In this document: piece after piece, positions 1-10,875 of the stretch
Layout: each line of letters opens with the position of its first letter
Numbering within the stretch: position 1 is the first letter of the stretch
Assembly (NCBI GenBank): GCA_964035575.1
Contig: OZ037844.1
Span: 1,302,001-1,366,000, forward strand
Source of the DNA: Rhynchopus sp. YZ270_cl-10
Taxonomy: Eukaryota
Direction of reading: 5' to 3'
Length of the DNA stretch: 64,000 bases
Made by a program: the position numbers and the translations under genes
The notes under the pieces: generated by a model
Told to the model about the DNA's origin: nothing
Databases searched by the model: none
Seen by the model: only the letters and a program-made list of their open reading frames with translations

Positions 1-3000
1 GAGACGGACGTGAACCTGGCTGTGTGTGCCGACGAGGGGCAGACGTGTCTGGACCCAAGCCACAACACAGTTGGGGACTGGCGGTGCGAGTGCGTGGGGG
101 GCGCGGTTGCGGCTGAGCCCGAGGGGGGCGTGGAGGCTGAGACGCCGACGCAGACGGCGCTTGTGTGTGTGGTGAACGAGTGTGACATGCTGTCGCCGTG
201 TGGGGCGTACCAGACCTGCACCGACACGGACGAGGAGCACCTGAACAGCTGGGTGTGCGAGTGCAACGCGCCGACTGTGGCAGCGACTGTGGATGTGACA
301 GGGGTGTCGCTTGTGTGCACGCAGGACGAGTGTGCGGTCGCCGCTGTGGCGGCTGTGTGCACGGCAGTTGGGCAGACGTGCCGCGACCCGACGCCGACGC
401 CGGGGTCAACCGGGGACTGGGTCTGCGTGTGTGCGTTGCCGCTGTCCGGGTTTGCGCAGGGGGCTGTGGCGAGGTGCTCGGAGTGCACCCTTGCGGGGCG
501 TGTGGACACGTGTGCGGACGCAGGGAAGCGGTGCTTTGACACGGACGAGACGGACGGGAGCACGGGCGGGACGTGGTCGTGTGTGGAGCCGTCTGCGGAG
601 GTGGCTGCGGGGGTGGCGCACAACGAGTGTGCTGCCGGCGGTGTGGCCTTCTGTGGGGAGGGGCAGACGTGCTACGACGACGACGAGGCGGCTGCAGGCA
701 CGTGGTACTGTCTCTGCGACACAGGGGTGGGGCAGGGGCAGCAGCAGCGTGCTGCGGTGTGCGTGCTCAACGAGTGTATGGGGTCGAACCCGTGTGAGCC
801 CGACACCTGCCTGGACACAAACCCGACTGCGCCTGCCCTTGCGGACTACACGTGCACGGCGGTGTCTGCATCTGCATCTGCGCACGCGGCACACGCTGCG
901 GCGACACAGAAGAAGAGCGCACACCGGGCAGGGCGCATGGCAGCAGCCCTGTCGGACAGCTCCATTGTGACAGCTGCCCTGGAGGAGGTGATGACACTGT
1001 TTTCACACCTGCGCCCGATTCTTGAGGAGGGGAAGGTGGTGGCGCCGTTCTGCCTGGGGGCGACATGCGACGACGAGACACCGGACACAAAGAAGACCGT
1101 GCAGGGGACGGCGCTGGCGCAGCTGACGGAGACGTGCGATGCACTTGAGGCCCACGTGTACGTCGACGAGCTGCTGCTGAGCAACGTGATCTTTGTGGCA
1201 ACAAACGGGGTGCCGGGCTTTGGGGACGACACGGTGGAGCTGCTTGTGGCAGCTGTGGCCGGGTTCGGGCTGCAGGACGTGGATGTGGAGCTCCTTGTCG
1301 GGGGGGATGGGTTCTCGCTGACCGGGGCCGGGAGGGTGCTGGTGGCCGACGTTGGGGAGGGGCTGCTTGGGACGGTGATTGGTGCCCTTGCGGGTGTGCT
1401 GGAGGACATCCAGGTGGTGGTGACTGTGGATGTTGGGTTTGACGGGTCGGCGTCGGTGCGGTTTGAGGTGTCGCTGGTGGCACCGGACACGGACCTGAAG
1501 GACGTGGCTGTGGTGAACGAGGAGGGGACACTGGGGCTGAATGTCTTCTACGAGGCGGGGACAACGCTGCTTGGGCCGGTGTCGACGGTGGGCGTGTCGC
1601 TGCCGTTGAAGGTGTGTGTGGAGGACTGCGACCCTGTGACGGTGGACAGCCGCTTCATCTACTTCACCGGGACGGTGCAGGCGAAGACGGTTATGGGCAC
1701 GGTTGAGGCGCAGGGGCTGCTGGAGATGGAGGGGACGTGGGACCGGGCGCTGGGGCTGCCGTTTCTGCACATCTCGAACGCACGCCTCGGGGTGGGTGCG
1801 AGCATCAGCCCGACACTGGCGTTTCCAACTAGCATGACGGTTGGTGCAAGCGTGTGCCTGGGTCTGCCCGAGAGCTGTCTTGAGACGCCGCGTGCAGACG
1901 CGAACTACGTGGAGGCGAAGGCGTACCTGTCGTGGAGTGCGGTGGACCCGCAGGAGAACTGGTTTGTGGTGATGGTGTCGGAGCTGACGCTGGAGAAGGT
2001 GGTGCACATCCTCTCGACAGAGGATGTGCTGCCGGAGCTGGCGGTGTTCAAGGGGATGCCGAGCAAAATTGGGCAGAGTGGGATATACCCGCTGAAGTCC
2101 AAGGACTGCGACGTGCTTGGGGAGGCGGCAAACACAACGGCGCTGGACAAGGACTGCTTTGCCTTCTTCTCGCTGAACCCCGGGACAAAGACACAGACAC
2201 TCGAGTTCGCAGACGGGAACGACATTGTGATTCCGCGCGGTGTGACACTGTCGGGGCGCCTGCGCATCCTGGACTTTGAGTTTTCGATTGACGCAGCCTT
2301 CTCAGCGACGCAGCTGTACATCGACGCGGAGATGGGGAAGGTCGAGTCGGACGGGTCCTACGGGCCGCTCACGATGGCGGTTGCGGGGAAGGAGCTCATC
2401 ACCTTGGGGCGGGCGCGGGTAGACGGGAGGGTTGTCGGGGGCCCGAAGTTCCTTGTGGACGTGAGCAAGACGAGTGCGCTGGTGAACATCAGCGGCTACC
2501 TCGAGATCCCGATGCTGAAGACGTACGGGTCGCTGGTTGTGGCGGTGAACGACGACGAGTTCGCGTTTGACGCGGAGCTGTCCCTGTTTGGGCTGCTGTC
2601 GGTGTCGGTGAAGGTGCAGTGGGACTGGAACATGACGAACTTCAACTTCGCGATGGCGAGCGGGGGTGAGGGGGGGTCGATCGGTGCCGGGGACGCGCTT
2701 GTGTCGCTGAACTCGATGTCGTTTGTGTACTCGGCAGAGAAATCGCTGGCACGTGTGGACGCAAGCATCACGGTGTTCTTGACGCTGGAGGTGGACGCGT
2801 ACCTCGAGATTGATGGGAACTGGCTGGCGTTCGGGATCTCCGGGAAGTTGCTGGGTGCGACGGTGTCGGTGGACGGGCGGGCGCTGCTCTCCCTGGCGAC
2901 GCCGACGTTCACGCTGACGGTGACCTTCTCGCTCGGGGAGACGCTGGCGAAGATCGGGAAGGCAGTGTGGGGCGGGATCAAGAAGGTGGGGGCGGTGCTG

Positions 3001-6000
3001 ACGCAGGCGTGGGACTACGTCGGGGAGAAGATCAGCAAGATCACTGGGGCGATCAAGGACTTTTTCTTGGGGTCGCTGAAGAAGGTGGCGGACGCGATCA
3101 TGGGTGTGCTGAACGGGATTGGGGATGTGCTGTCATCTGTGGTCGGTGTGCTGAGGGACATGCCGCTGCTTGGGGAGCTGGTTTCCTTCGGGGAGGACCT
3201 GGTGAAGGGGCTTGCAAGCGTGTTTGTGCAGAAGAAGGACGAGCATGTGGCGATTGTGGAGGAGAATGTGTTTGGCTGCAACGTGCTGCAGAGGAAGTGG
3301 ACGAACTGTGTGTCCATTGTGTGCTGGCCAAAGAGCGGGTCGAAGTACAACGACACGGAGTGCATGGACGGGCTTGCGGCGGACGCAAAGAAGGTTGAGA
3401 ACCTGGCGGCGTCGGGTGCTGCGAAGGAGGCTGCGACGCAGGACAACAAGAACACGAACGGCGGGTTTGTGGCTGTGCTTGACACGGGCTTTGCGCCGGC
3501 GGACCCCGAGGTGGCCGTGGACCCTGTGTTCACGGTTGCATCTGGGCACACGGGTGCCGCAGGGTCGACGGTCGACGTGTCGACGCCGGTGCTGAACCAG
3601 GGCGGCGTGGCGGACCCGACGATGGTGTCGTCGAGCTTCGGGGTGGACTTCGGGGCGGGGGCGGCAGACCTGGAGGACCAGGCGGCGGCGAGTCTGTCGA
3701 CGTCGCTTGCGCACGACGTGCAGAACGGCGTGAACCCAACGTTCTCGGAGGACTACGCAGACGAGGCGGACACGACGTACAAGGCCTACGTGCCCGTGCT
3801 GCCGCTGCTGGACAGGAGCCGCCTGAACACGGTCACGACGTCTCTGCAGGGGTTCTCGGGGTCGGTGCAGAAGCCCGCCTGGCTGCGTCTGGACGAGCGC
3901 TGCAAGACGGGTGCGTACAGCACGCTGCTGTCGTCAAAGGTGCAGGAGGGGCGGTGCGGGGTGTCGTACCTGTACTCTGTGTGGCTCGGGGTCGACGGCT
4001 GCGGGCAGGAGACACGGGTGACAGACAGGGTGACCTTCCCGGCAGAGCCGCCGGTGTTCGCACACCCCTTCCCAGAAGACTTCACCACAGCGCTCCCGCA
4101 CACAGACATGGGCCCGTACGGGGTGCCGAAGGCGGGGTCGCAGTACGGGCCGGAGGTGTTGGTGACGTACGAGGACAGCCTGGACGAGGTGGTGGTGCTG
4201 TCGGCGTCGTCGTGGCTGCTGAAGCGCACGTGGACGACCCAGCTCTTCCTGGCGGAGGGGTCGTGCGACTACGACATTATGGGGGAGACGCGTGTGCAGC
4301 ACATCACTGTGACGACGCCGCCGCCGGAGTTCGTTGCACTTGCGGCGGACCTGAACGGGCGCTTCCTCGGCGCACGGGAGGGCGCGGAGCTGCCACGCGA
4401 CTCTGGGGTGCCCGTGCCGATTGTGACCCGGCCGGAGCGCCAGTACTGGGTGGAGGTGAAGGTGTCTGCGACGCAGCGCTACTACAAGCACAGGGACCTT
4501 GAGTGCTACCTGAATGTGGCGCGTGCCCCTTGGGTGGTGCGGGATCCCGAGCGGCACACGGAGGAGGGTCGTGCGGATCTCATTGCGACAATCCCGCTGG
4601 TGACGGTGTGCACGGCGGAGAGGACGCTCTGGACGTCGAAGGCCCTGGGGGCGCTCTCTCTGGACGGGGCCGGAAAGATGGCGGACGACACGGTGTCGAG
4701 CAGCCAGCGTGTGATGCGGCTCACGCACAATGGGATTACGCTGCGCACGGAGTTCCCCGAGGGGGAGCTCGCCTCGTACATCTACGACTGGCTCTACATT
4801 CACTACGACGCGACGCAGCCGATGCTCTCGGACAGACACTCAGACCGGTACGACGAGTGGGAGGACAAGTGCGTGCGGGAAGGGATGGACTGCCGCTTCC
4901 TGGCCAAGGTGGGACAGTACAAGATTGTGCCGGAGAACGAGGCGCTGTACCACAACAGCCCAAGCTTCGATACCGCGGGTGCGGGGATGCTGTCGTCGGT
5001 GGCGTGTGCGGACTTTGGGGGTGTGTGGATGCTGGCGGGTGATGCATACGCCCCTGTCCTGTCGACAGACTCGGACTGTGCGGAGGGGAGCTCGGTGACG
5101 GTGGTGTCTGCGGAGCGCACGTACGACACGTGCGGGCAGGTTGTGTGGAGGGTTGAGTACCTGGGGCACGACTCGGACAGCTGCGGGAAGGAGGCTGCGG
5201 TGGCCTTCCGCGACTTTGTGGTGACGACGACGGTGACGGCGGTGACGGACCTGTGGGAATACTTCCCCGAGGACGACGAGGTGCAGATGGTCGCAGACGA
5301 CGACTTTGCCTCTGCGGCTGCGCTGTGCAGTGCGGAGGTGCTGCCGCTGGGGCCTGCACGTGTGGAGGTGCCGTGTGGGATGGCGCCGGTTGTGGTGGAT
5401 TACGTTGACAGCGTGGTGGAGGAGGTGGACCGCTTCACCTTTGAGCGCACGTGGCGCATCCGCTCCAGCGTCGACGGCGACTGCGCGCAGGTGCTGCTGA
5501 ACAGGGAGCGGGTGCAGGTGGTGGTGGCGCTGAAGCGCCCGGTGCTGCTTTCGGTGGCAGTCCCGACCCACGGGGTGGACCTGGAGCTGACAATGGTGTG
5601 GAGCGACACCGTGGCGGACCTGCTCGAGGCGATTGCGGATGCGGCGGACGTGGACGCAGACCTGGAACACCTGTTTCTGGAGGACGAGACAAACCTGGCG
5701 ACGCCAGGGAAGATGCTGGCGGACTACCCCGGGATCGCACGGACAGGGACGTGGGTGTCGGCTGTGCCCACCGGGGCGTACAGGCTGCGCGTGGCCTCGA
5801 CATGGACGAACGTGCGGGACATTGGGACGACGCGTTTCAGCACGTCGACAGAGTCTGTGGAGGAGGTGTGCTTCAAATCCTGGACGGACGTAGACATCAC
5901 ACTGTCGACCTACACGCTGGACCCGTCGTTCCAGGTGTACGTGCGGAGTGGCTACGCGGCATGGTGGCAAACACCCGACGAGTGCGCTATGCAATGGGAG

Positions 6001-9000
6001 CGCACAAAAACCTGCACGCATGTGATGGCGGGTGCGGACGAGGGAAAGCCGATCCCTGGCAGCTGCGAGCACGCGGGATACCTGTGGACGTGGTCGACCG
6101 TCGGGAAGGGGACGACCTTCGTGCCCGACACTGCGGCGCCGCCAACACCCGCACCGCCGACGCCTGCGCCGCCGACATTGCCACCGCCAACACCGGCACC
6201 GATCCGCCAGAAGCTGGAGGTGGTTGTGGAGTCGTTCACGTCGACCCGATCATACGGGCTCCAGGTGCAGGTGGAGTTTGACGGTGTCGATGCGTACGAC
6301 GGATGCCACGAAGCGACGACCCGCCTCGGCTACAACAAATACATGTCCGGGGCGATGGAGGTGGTTGTGTCGGACTACGTCTACTCGGATGTGTTCCGTG
6401 TGCGCCTGACCACTTTACTGTCGAGGTGCAATTACGTCTACCGGAAGTGGTCGTTGAAGACGTGCGAGTTCAGTGTGAAGGACGCGACGGACAACGGGGA
6501 CTGGGTGCGTGCGACGTGCCACTACGTCTACTACTCCACCAGCATCCCTCTCTCGATCCGCTGGCGTTGGGGAAGCGGGGACACGCTGCCGCCGGCCCCT
6601 GCGCTGTGCCCTGCGATGCGGACACGGACGGCGTGGTCGCAGCTGTCGTGCGACGAGCGTACACTCTACACACGCGCAGTGGCGGAGTTCCGGACGGTGC
6701 GTGCCGACGAGTACAAGGCCTTCATGGACATGTACACGTTCCCGGAGAACCGCGGGTCGGGTGGGTTCACGACGTTCGCCTGGAACCGCTGGTACCTGCA
6801 CGGGTGGGAGTCTGCGCTGCGGTCGCTTGGGGGTGACTTCGCCTGTGTGACGGTGCCGTACTGGGACTACCACAAGGACACAGGTGTCGAGTGTGCGCAG
6901 AACGAGGCCCTCCGGATGGACACCAGTGCGTTTGGGACCTGTGGCGGGGTTGCCGCAGACACGCACTGCGTGACGGACGGGATGGCTGCTGGGTGGACGC
7001 TGTCGGGCGGGGCTGGTGGTGGGTGTGTGCGCCGCGAGTTTGCGTCGTACTCGTACGTGCAGACAGAAGACAGGGTGGAGGGGATGCTGCGGTATGGAAC
7101 GGAGGCAAGCTTCACGGAGTGGCTGGGGAAGGTCGATGTGCGTGTGCGCGGCCTTGTTGGGGGCACGATGAACGACTTCTTTGGGAACACGCAGCCCGAG
7201 GACCCGCTCTTCTTCATCCACCTGGCGAACATGGACCGCCTGCTGGCGCTGTGGCAGGACTACCGCGGCCTGGACGAGTGGGAGCCGGAGCATACTGTCT
7301 CGGGTGCAGTGGCGGCCGAGGTGCTGAACATGCAGCATGCTGCGGACGGGTCTGTGCTGACGGCGTACTTCGGGACAGACGCGGTGACGGTCGCGCATGT
7401 GTTTGCACCGTACAAGATGGCTGCGGGTGCGTATGCGTACGGGGCCGATGCGATTGGGGCGCGCCTTGACTCCTTCCCCATGCAAGGGTACTGGTCCTCG
7501 GTGATCGTCCCCGGGGACACAACGGCAGTGACGTGCCCCCGCGGCCCGACCGGGCCTGCGCCTGCGCCGACACCGACCGTAGTAGCGTACCCGGTGGAGG
7601 TGGTGGTGACTGGCTACACTGCATATGGGGCGGACCTTGTGCAGGCACAGACAAAGGTCTTCCTGGACGGGGTCGCAGATGCGGAGGTGTGCCTGCCCAA
7701 CGCGTCTGGTGAATACGGCTACAGACTTGGGGAGCACAAGTGGACGACGGTGGACCTGGCAGCGGAGGTGTCGCCGGTGTCTGTGGTTGCGTCGACGGAT
7801 GTGTCTGGGCAGGGGTCTGCGACGACAGTCGGTGTGAGGCTGGCGCTGGGGACGGGCGACGACTGCGACACAATCTTTTTCCAGACGACGTGCCGTGTGG
7901 CGGTGGCGGACGCACCTGCAGACGGGGAGTGGGCACACGGGGTGTGCGAGGGCGTGGATACGGCCGGCGGTGTGCACGCGTCGCTGGCGTATAAGTGGCG
8001 TCGCGGTGCGGCAGGTGCGACGACACTCCCGTCTGCACCCGTGCCCGCAGAGCCTGTGTGTACGGGCACCTCAAGCCGCGTGCGGACGGCGCTGTCGCAG
8101 CTGACGTGCGACAAGCGCGACCTGTACATGCAGGCTGTGGCAACCTTCCGTGCGACACGGACGAGTGAGTACAACGCCTTCATGGACATGCACAAGTTCC
8201 CGGAGAACCGCGGTGGGGCAGCAGGTGCGGCGGGTGCGGCAACGGAGGCGGACCTGCTGCAGTTTGTGATGCTGCAGTTTTCCTGGTACCGCCGCTACCT
8301 GCACGGGTGGGAGTCTGCGCTGCGGTCGCTTGGGGGTGCCTTCGCCTGTGTGACGGTGCCGTACTGGGACTACCACAAGGACTCGCGGCTGGAGTGTGCG
8401 CGGAACGAGGCGCTGACGGCGGACGCGTTTGGATCGTGCACAGGGTCCGTTGGGACGTGTGTGAGCAGCGGGATGGCGGCGGGATGGACGCACTCGGCAG
8501 ACGCGAGCGGTGCGTGCATCACACGCGACTTTGCAACAACGACGTACGTGCACCCCTCGACCAAGGTTGTGGACAAGATCTCGTCGGACCTCGCGACCTT
8601 CGTGTCCTGGATGGCGAACATGCACACCCGCACGCTTGCCTTTGTTGGTGGGACCATGAACGACACTGTGGGCCACACGCAGCCCGAGGACCCGCTCTTC
8701 TTCATCCACCTGGCGAACATGGACCGCCTGCTGGTGCTGTGGCAGGACTACCAGGGACACGACGAGGTGCAGGTGTCTGCGGCTGGGGTGCTGGCGGGCC
8801 TTGGGGTAACGGACGAGACGCTGAATATGCAGTACGCTGCGGACGGGTCTGTGCTGGTGGCGTACTTCGGTGTGTCCGACAAGATCTCGGATGTGTTCAC
8901 CCCTGCACAGCAGGGCATATCTGGCTGGGGGGGCGCGTACGTGTACGGGGCAGATGCGAACGCGGCGCAGCTGGGCTACCCGGTGACCGGGCTGTGGTCT

Positions 9001-10875
9001 TCTGTGCGCATCGGGAACACGTCTGCAGTGTGCACGCCTGGCTGCGAGCGGAAGCGGAAGGCGTGGTCGCAGCTGGCGTGCACCGAGGGCGACCTCTACA
9101 CACGCGCAGTGGCGGAGTTCCGGACGGTGCGTGCCGACGAGTACAAGGCCTTCATGGACATGTACACGTTCCCGGAGAACCGCGCCGGGTCTGGGCTTGC
9201 GATGTTTTCCTGGAACCGCTGGTACCTGCACGGGTGGGAGTCTGCGCTGCGGTCGCTTGGGGGTGAGTTCGCCTGTGTGACGGTGCCGTACTGGGACTAC
9301 CACAAGGACACGGGTGTCGAGTGTGCGCAGAACGAGGCGCTGACGGCGGGCGCGTTTGGGAAGTGCAGTGGGGTTGCCGCAGACACGCACTGCGTGACGG
9401 AGGGTGTGGCTGCTGGGTGGACGCTGTCTGACGGGAGCGGGGTGTGCGTGACACGCGAGTTTGGGTCGGGTGCGAGCGTGCAGACGCCGTCGAGGGTGGT
9501 TTCCATGGTGAAGTATGCAACGGGGGCAACCTTCACGGACTGGCTGGCCAAGGTCGATGTGCGTGTGCAGGAGATTGTTGGGGGCACGATGAACGGCACG
9601 AACACGCAGCCCGAGGACCCGCTCTTCTTCATCCACCTGGCGAACATGGACCGCCTGCTGGCGCTGTGGCAGGACTACCAGGGACACGCCACCTCGTCGA
9701 CGCCGGCGGAGCGCATTGCGATCTTCGGGGAGGTGGACGTGGCGCTGAACATGCAGCATGCTGCGGACGGGTCTGTGTTGACGGCGTACTTCGGGCGGGA
9801 GGCTGTGTCCGTGTCGGACGTGCTGTATGTGCACAGCATGGTTGGCGGGGTGGACTACTCGTACGGAAACGACGGGCTCGCTGCGAGGCTCGGGACGCAC
9901 ACCTTCTCTGGTGCAGACTGGAAGGGGGTGTCTGTGGGCGACGTGTCGCCTGTGTGTGTCGCCTCGTGCAGCAGCACCACAAGCACACGGCAGGCGTACT
10001 CGCACACGTCGTGCGGTGCGCGCGACCTCTACACACGTGCGGTTGCGGAGTTCCGGACGGTGCGTGCCGACGAGTACAAGGCCTTCATGGACATGTACAC
10101 GTTCCCGGAGAACCGCGGGTCGGGTGGGTTCACGATGTTTGCCTGGAACCGCTGGTACCTGCACGGGTGGGAGTCTGCGCTGCGGTCGCTCGGGGGTGAC
10201 TTCGCCTGTGTGACGGTGCCGTACTGGGACTACCACAAGGACTCGCGGCTGGAGTGTGCGCAGAACGAGGCGCTGACGGCAGACGCGTTTGGGACGTGCA
10301 GTGGGGTTGCCGCAGACACGCACTGCGTGACGGAGGGTGTGGCTGCTGGGTGGGCGCTGTCTGACGGGAGCGGGGTGTGCGTGACACGCGAGTTTGCGAC
10401 CACGAAGTTCATCCATTCCCGCACAACGCTGACAAACCGCCTGGGCTACACTGACGTGGTGAGCTTCACAGTCTGGCTGGCCAAGCTTGACCTGCGTGTG
10501 CAGGAGATTGTTGGGGGCACGATGAACGGCACGAACACGCAGCCCGAGGACCCGCTCTTCTTCATGCACCTGGCGAACATGGACCGCCTGCTGGCGCTGT
10601 GGCAGGACTACCAGGGTGCTGACGAGGGGACGTATGAGGCACTTGGTGTGGCGGACGTGGCGCTGAACATGCAGCATGCTGCGGACGGGTCTGTGCTGAC
10701 GGCGTACTTCGGGACGGATACAGTCTTGGCCTCGAGCGTGTTCCTGACCACTGCGATGCCTGGTGGGGCCGGCTACGCATACGGGAACGACGACATGGCA
10801 GGGCTTCTGAGTGTTCCAAAAGTGGGGTCCTGGGACCTGATCACCCCTGGAGGTTCCCCGAAGTACCAGTGTTGA
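1..10875 (+). CDS. Giant secreted multidomain protein, copy 1 (5' part outside window): Cys-rich EGF-like repeats, beta-rich region, ubiquitin-like domain, 4 tyrosinase-like domains
   Basis: Uninterrupted 3621-codon ORF ending TGA at 10875. Near-identical to 20137-31009. NEC..C...QTC.D....GDW.C.C repeats, and four copies of tyrosinase-type motifs (W[N/Y]R.YLHGWE..LR, VTVPYWDY, VGGTM, EDPLFF.H.ANMDR). Confidence 0.9.
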   Translation, partial: ETDVNLAVCADEGQTCLDPSHNTVGDWRCECVGGAVAAEPEGGVEAETPTQTALVCVVNECDMLSPCGAYQTCTDTDEEHLNSWVCECNAPTVAATVDVTGVSLVCTQDECAVAAVAAVCTAVGQTCRDPTPTPGSTGDWVCVCALPLSGFAQGAVARCSECTLAGRVDTCADAGKRCFDTDETDGSTGGTWSCVEPSAEVAAGVAHNECAAGGVAFCGEGQTCYDDDEAAAGTWYCLCDTGVGQGQQQRAAVCVLNECMGSNPCEPDTCLDTNPTAPALADYTCTAVSASASAHAAHAAATQKKSAHRAGRMAAALSDSSIVTAALEEVMTLFSHLRPILEEGKVVAPFCLGATCDDETPDTKKTVQGTALAQLTETCDALEAHVYVDELLLSNVIFVATNGVPGFGDDTVELLVAAVAGFGLQDVDVELLVGGDGFSLTGAGRVLVADVGEGLLGTVIGALAGVLEDIQVVVTVDVGFDGSASVRFEVSLVAPDTDLKDVAVVNEEGTLGLNVFYEAGTTLLGPVSTVGVSLPLKVCVEDCDPVTVDSRFIYFTGTVQAKTVMGTVEAQGLLEMEGTWDRALGLPFLHISNARLGVGASISPTLAFPTSMTVGASVCLGLPESCLETPRADANYVEAKAYLSWSAVDPQENWFVVMVSELTLEKVVHILSTEDVLPELAVFKGMPSKIGQSGIYPLKSKDCDVLGEAANTTALDKDCFAFFSLNPGTKTQTLEFADGNDIVIPRGVTLSGRLRILDFEFSIDAAFSATQLYIDAEMGKVESDGSYGPLTMAVAGKELITLGRARVDGRVVGGPKFLVDVSKTSALVNISGYLEIPMLKTYGSLVVAVNDDEFAFDAELSLFGLLSVSVKVQWDWNMTNFNFAMASGGEGGSIGAGDALVSLNSMSFVYSAEKSLARVDASITVFLTLEVDAYLEIDGNWLAFGISGKLLGATVSVDGRALLSLATPTFTLTVTFSLGETLAKIGKAVWGGIKKVGAVLTQAWDYVGEKISKITGAIKDFFLGSLKKVADAIMGVLNGIGDVLSSVVGVLRDMPLLGELVSFGEDLVKGLASVFVQKKDEHVAIVEENVFGCNVLQRKWTNCVSIVCWPKSGSKYNDTECMDGLAADAKKVENLAASGAAKEAATQDNKNTNGGFVAVLDTGFAPADPEVAVDPVFTVASGHTGAAGSTVDVSTPVLNQGGVADPTMVSSSFGVDFGAGAADLEDQAAASLSTSLAHDVQNGVNPTFSEDYADEADTTYKAYVPVLPLLDRSRLNTVTTSLQGFSGSVQKPAWLRLDERCKTGAYSTLLSSKVQEGRCGVSYLYSVWLGVDGCGQETRVTDRVTFPAEPPVFAHPFPEDFTTALPHTDMGPYGVPKAGSQYGPEVLVTYEDSLDEVVVLSASSWLLKRTWTTQLFLAEGSCDYDIMGETRVQHITVTTPPPEFVALAADLNGRFLGAREGAELPRDSGVPVPIVTRPERQYWVEVKVSATQRYYKHRDLECYLNVARAPWVVRDPERHTEEGRADLIATIPLVTVCTAERTLWTSKALGALSLDGAGKMADDTVSSSQRVMRLTHNGITLRTEFPEGELASYIYDWLYIHYDATQPMLSDRHSDRYDEWEDKCVREGMDCRFLAKVGQYKIVPENEALYHNSPSFDTAGAGMLSSVACADFGGVWMLAGDAYAPVLSTDSDCAEGSSVTVVSAERTYDTCGQVVWRVEYLGHDSDSCGKEAAVAFRDFVVTTTVTAVTDLWEYFPEDDEVQMVADDDFASAAALCSAEVLPLGPARVEVPCGMAPVVVDYVDSVVEEVDRFTFERTWRIRSSVDGDCAQVLLNRERVQVVVALKRPVLLSVAVPTHGVDLELTMVWSDTVADLLEAIADAADVDADLEHLFLEDETNLATPGKMLADYPGIARTGTWVSAVPTGAYRLRVASTWTNVRDIGTTRFSTSTESVEEVCFKSWTDVDITLSTYTLDPSFQVYVRSGYAAWWQTPDECAMQWERTKTCTHVMAGADEGKPIPGSCEHAGYLWTWSTVGKGTTFVPDTAAPPTPAPPTPAPPTLPPPTPAPIRQKLEVVVESFTSTRSYGLQVQVEFDGVDAYDGCHEATTRLGYNKYMSGAMEVVVSDYVYSDVFRVRLTTLLSRCNYVYRKWSLKTCEFSVKDATDNGDWVRATCHYVYYSTSIPLSIRWRWGSGDTLPPAPALCPAMRTRTAWSQLSCDERTLYTRAVAEFRTVRADEYKAFMDMYTFPENRGSGGFTTFAWNRWYLHGWESALRSLGGDFACVTVPYWDYHKDTGVECAQNEALRMDTSAFGTCGGVAADTHCVTDGMAAGWTLSGGAGGGCVRREFASYSYVQTEDRVEGMLRYGTEASFTEWLGKVDVRVRGLVGGTMNDFFGNTQPEDPLFFIHLANMDRLLALWQDYRGLDEWEPEHTVSGAVAAEVLNMQHAADGSVLTAYFGTDAVTVAHVFAPYKMAAGAYAYGADAIGARLDSFPMQGYWSSVIVPGDTTAVTCPRGPTGPAPAPTPTVVAYPVEVVVTGYTAYGADLVQAQTKVFLDGVADAEVCLPNASGEYGYRLGEHKWTTVDLAAEVSPVSVVASTDVSGQGSATTVGVRLALGTGDDCDTIFFQTTCRVAVADAPADGEWAHGVCEGVDTAGGVHASLAYKWRRGAAGATTLPSAPVPAEPVCTGTSSRVRTALSQLTCDKRDLYMQAVATFRATRTSEYNAFMDMHKFPENRGGAAGAAGAATEADLLQFVMLQFSWYRRYLHGWESALRSLGGAFACVTVPYWDYHKDSRLECARNEALTADAFGSCTGSVGTCVSSGMAAGWTHSADASGACITRDFATTTYVHPSTKVVDKISSDLATFVSWMANMHTRTLAFVGGTMNDTVGHTQPEDPLFFIHLANMDRLLVLWQDYQGHDEVQVSAAGVLAGLGVTDETLNMQYAADGSVLVAYFGVSDKISDVFTPAQQGISGWGGAYVYGADANAAQLGYPVTGLWSSVRIGNTSAVCTPGCERKRKAWSQLACTEGDLYTRAVAEFRTVRADEYKAFMDMYTFPENRAGSGLAMFSWNRWYLHGWESALRSLGGEFACVTVPYWDYHKDTGVECAQNEALTAGAFGKCSGVAADTHCVTEGVAAGWTLSDGSGVCVTREFGSGASVQTPSRVVSMVKYATGATFTDWLAKVDVRVQEIVGGTMNGTNTQPEDPLFFIHLANMDRLLALWQDYQGHATSSTPAERIAIFGEVDVALNMQHAADGSVLTAYFGREAVSVSDVLYVHSMVGGVDYSYGNDGLAARLGTHTFSGADWKGVSVGDVSPVCVASCSSTTSTRQAYSHTSCGARDLYTRAVAEFRTVRADEYKAFMDMYTFPENRGSGGFTMFAWNRWYLHGWESALRSLGGDFACVTVPYWDYHKDSRLECAQNEALTADAFGTCSGVAADTHCVTEGVAAGWALSDGSGVCVTREFATTKFIHSRTTLTNRLGYTDVVSFTVWLAKLDLRVQEIVGGTMNGTNTQPEDPLFFMHLANMDRLLALWQDYQGADEGTYEALGVADVALNMQHAADGSVLTAYFGTDTVLASSVFLTTAMPGGAGYAYGNDDMAGLLSVPKVGSWDLITPGGSPKYQC

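Noticed and set aside
8071..10677. Long antisense and alternate-frame ORFs over the giant genes (e.g. 868 aa, 648 aa, 783 aa)
   Set aside because: These are shadow ORFs from high GC and strong codon bias. They are Arg/His/Pro-rich with no recognisable motifs.
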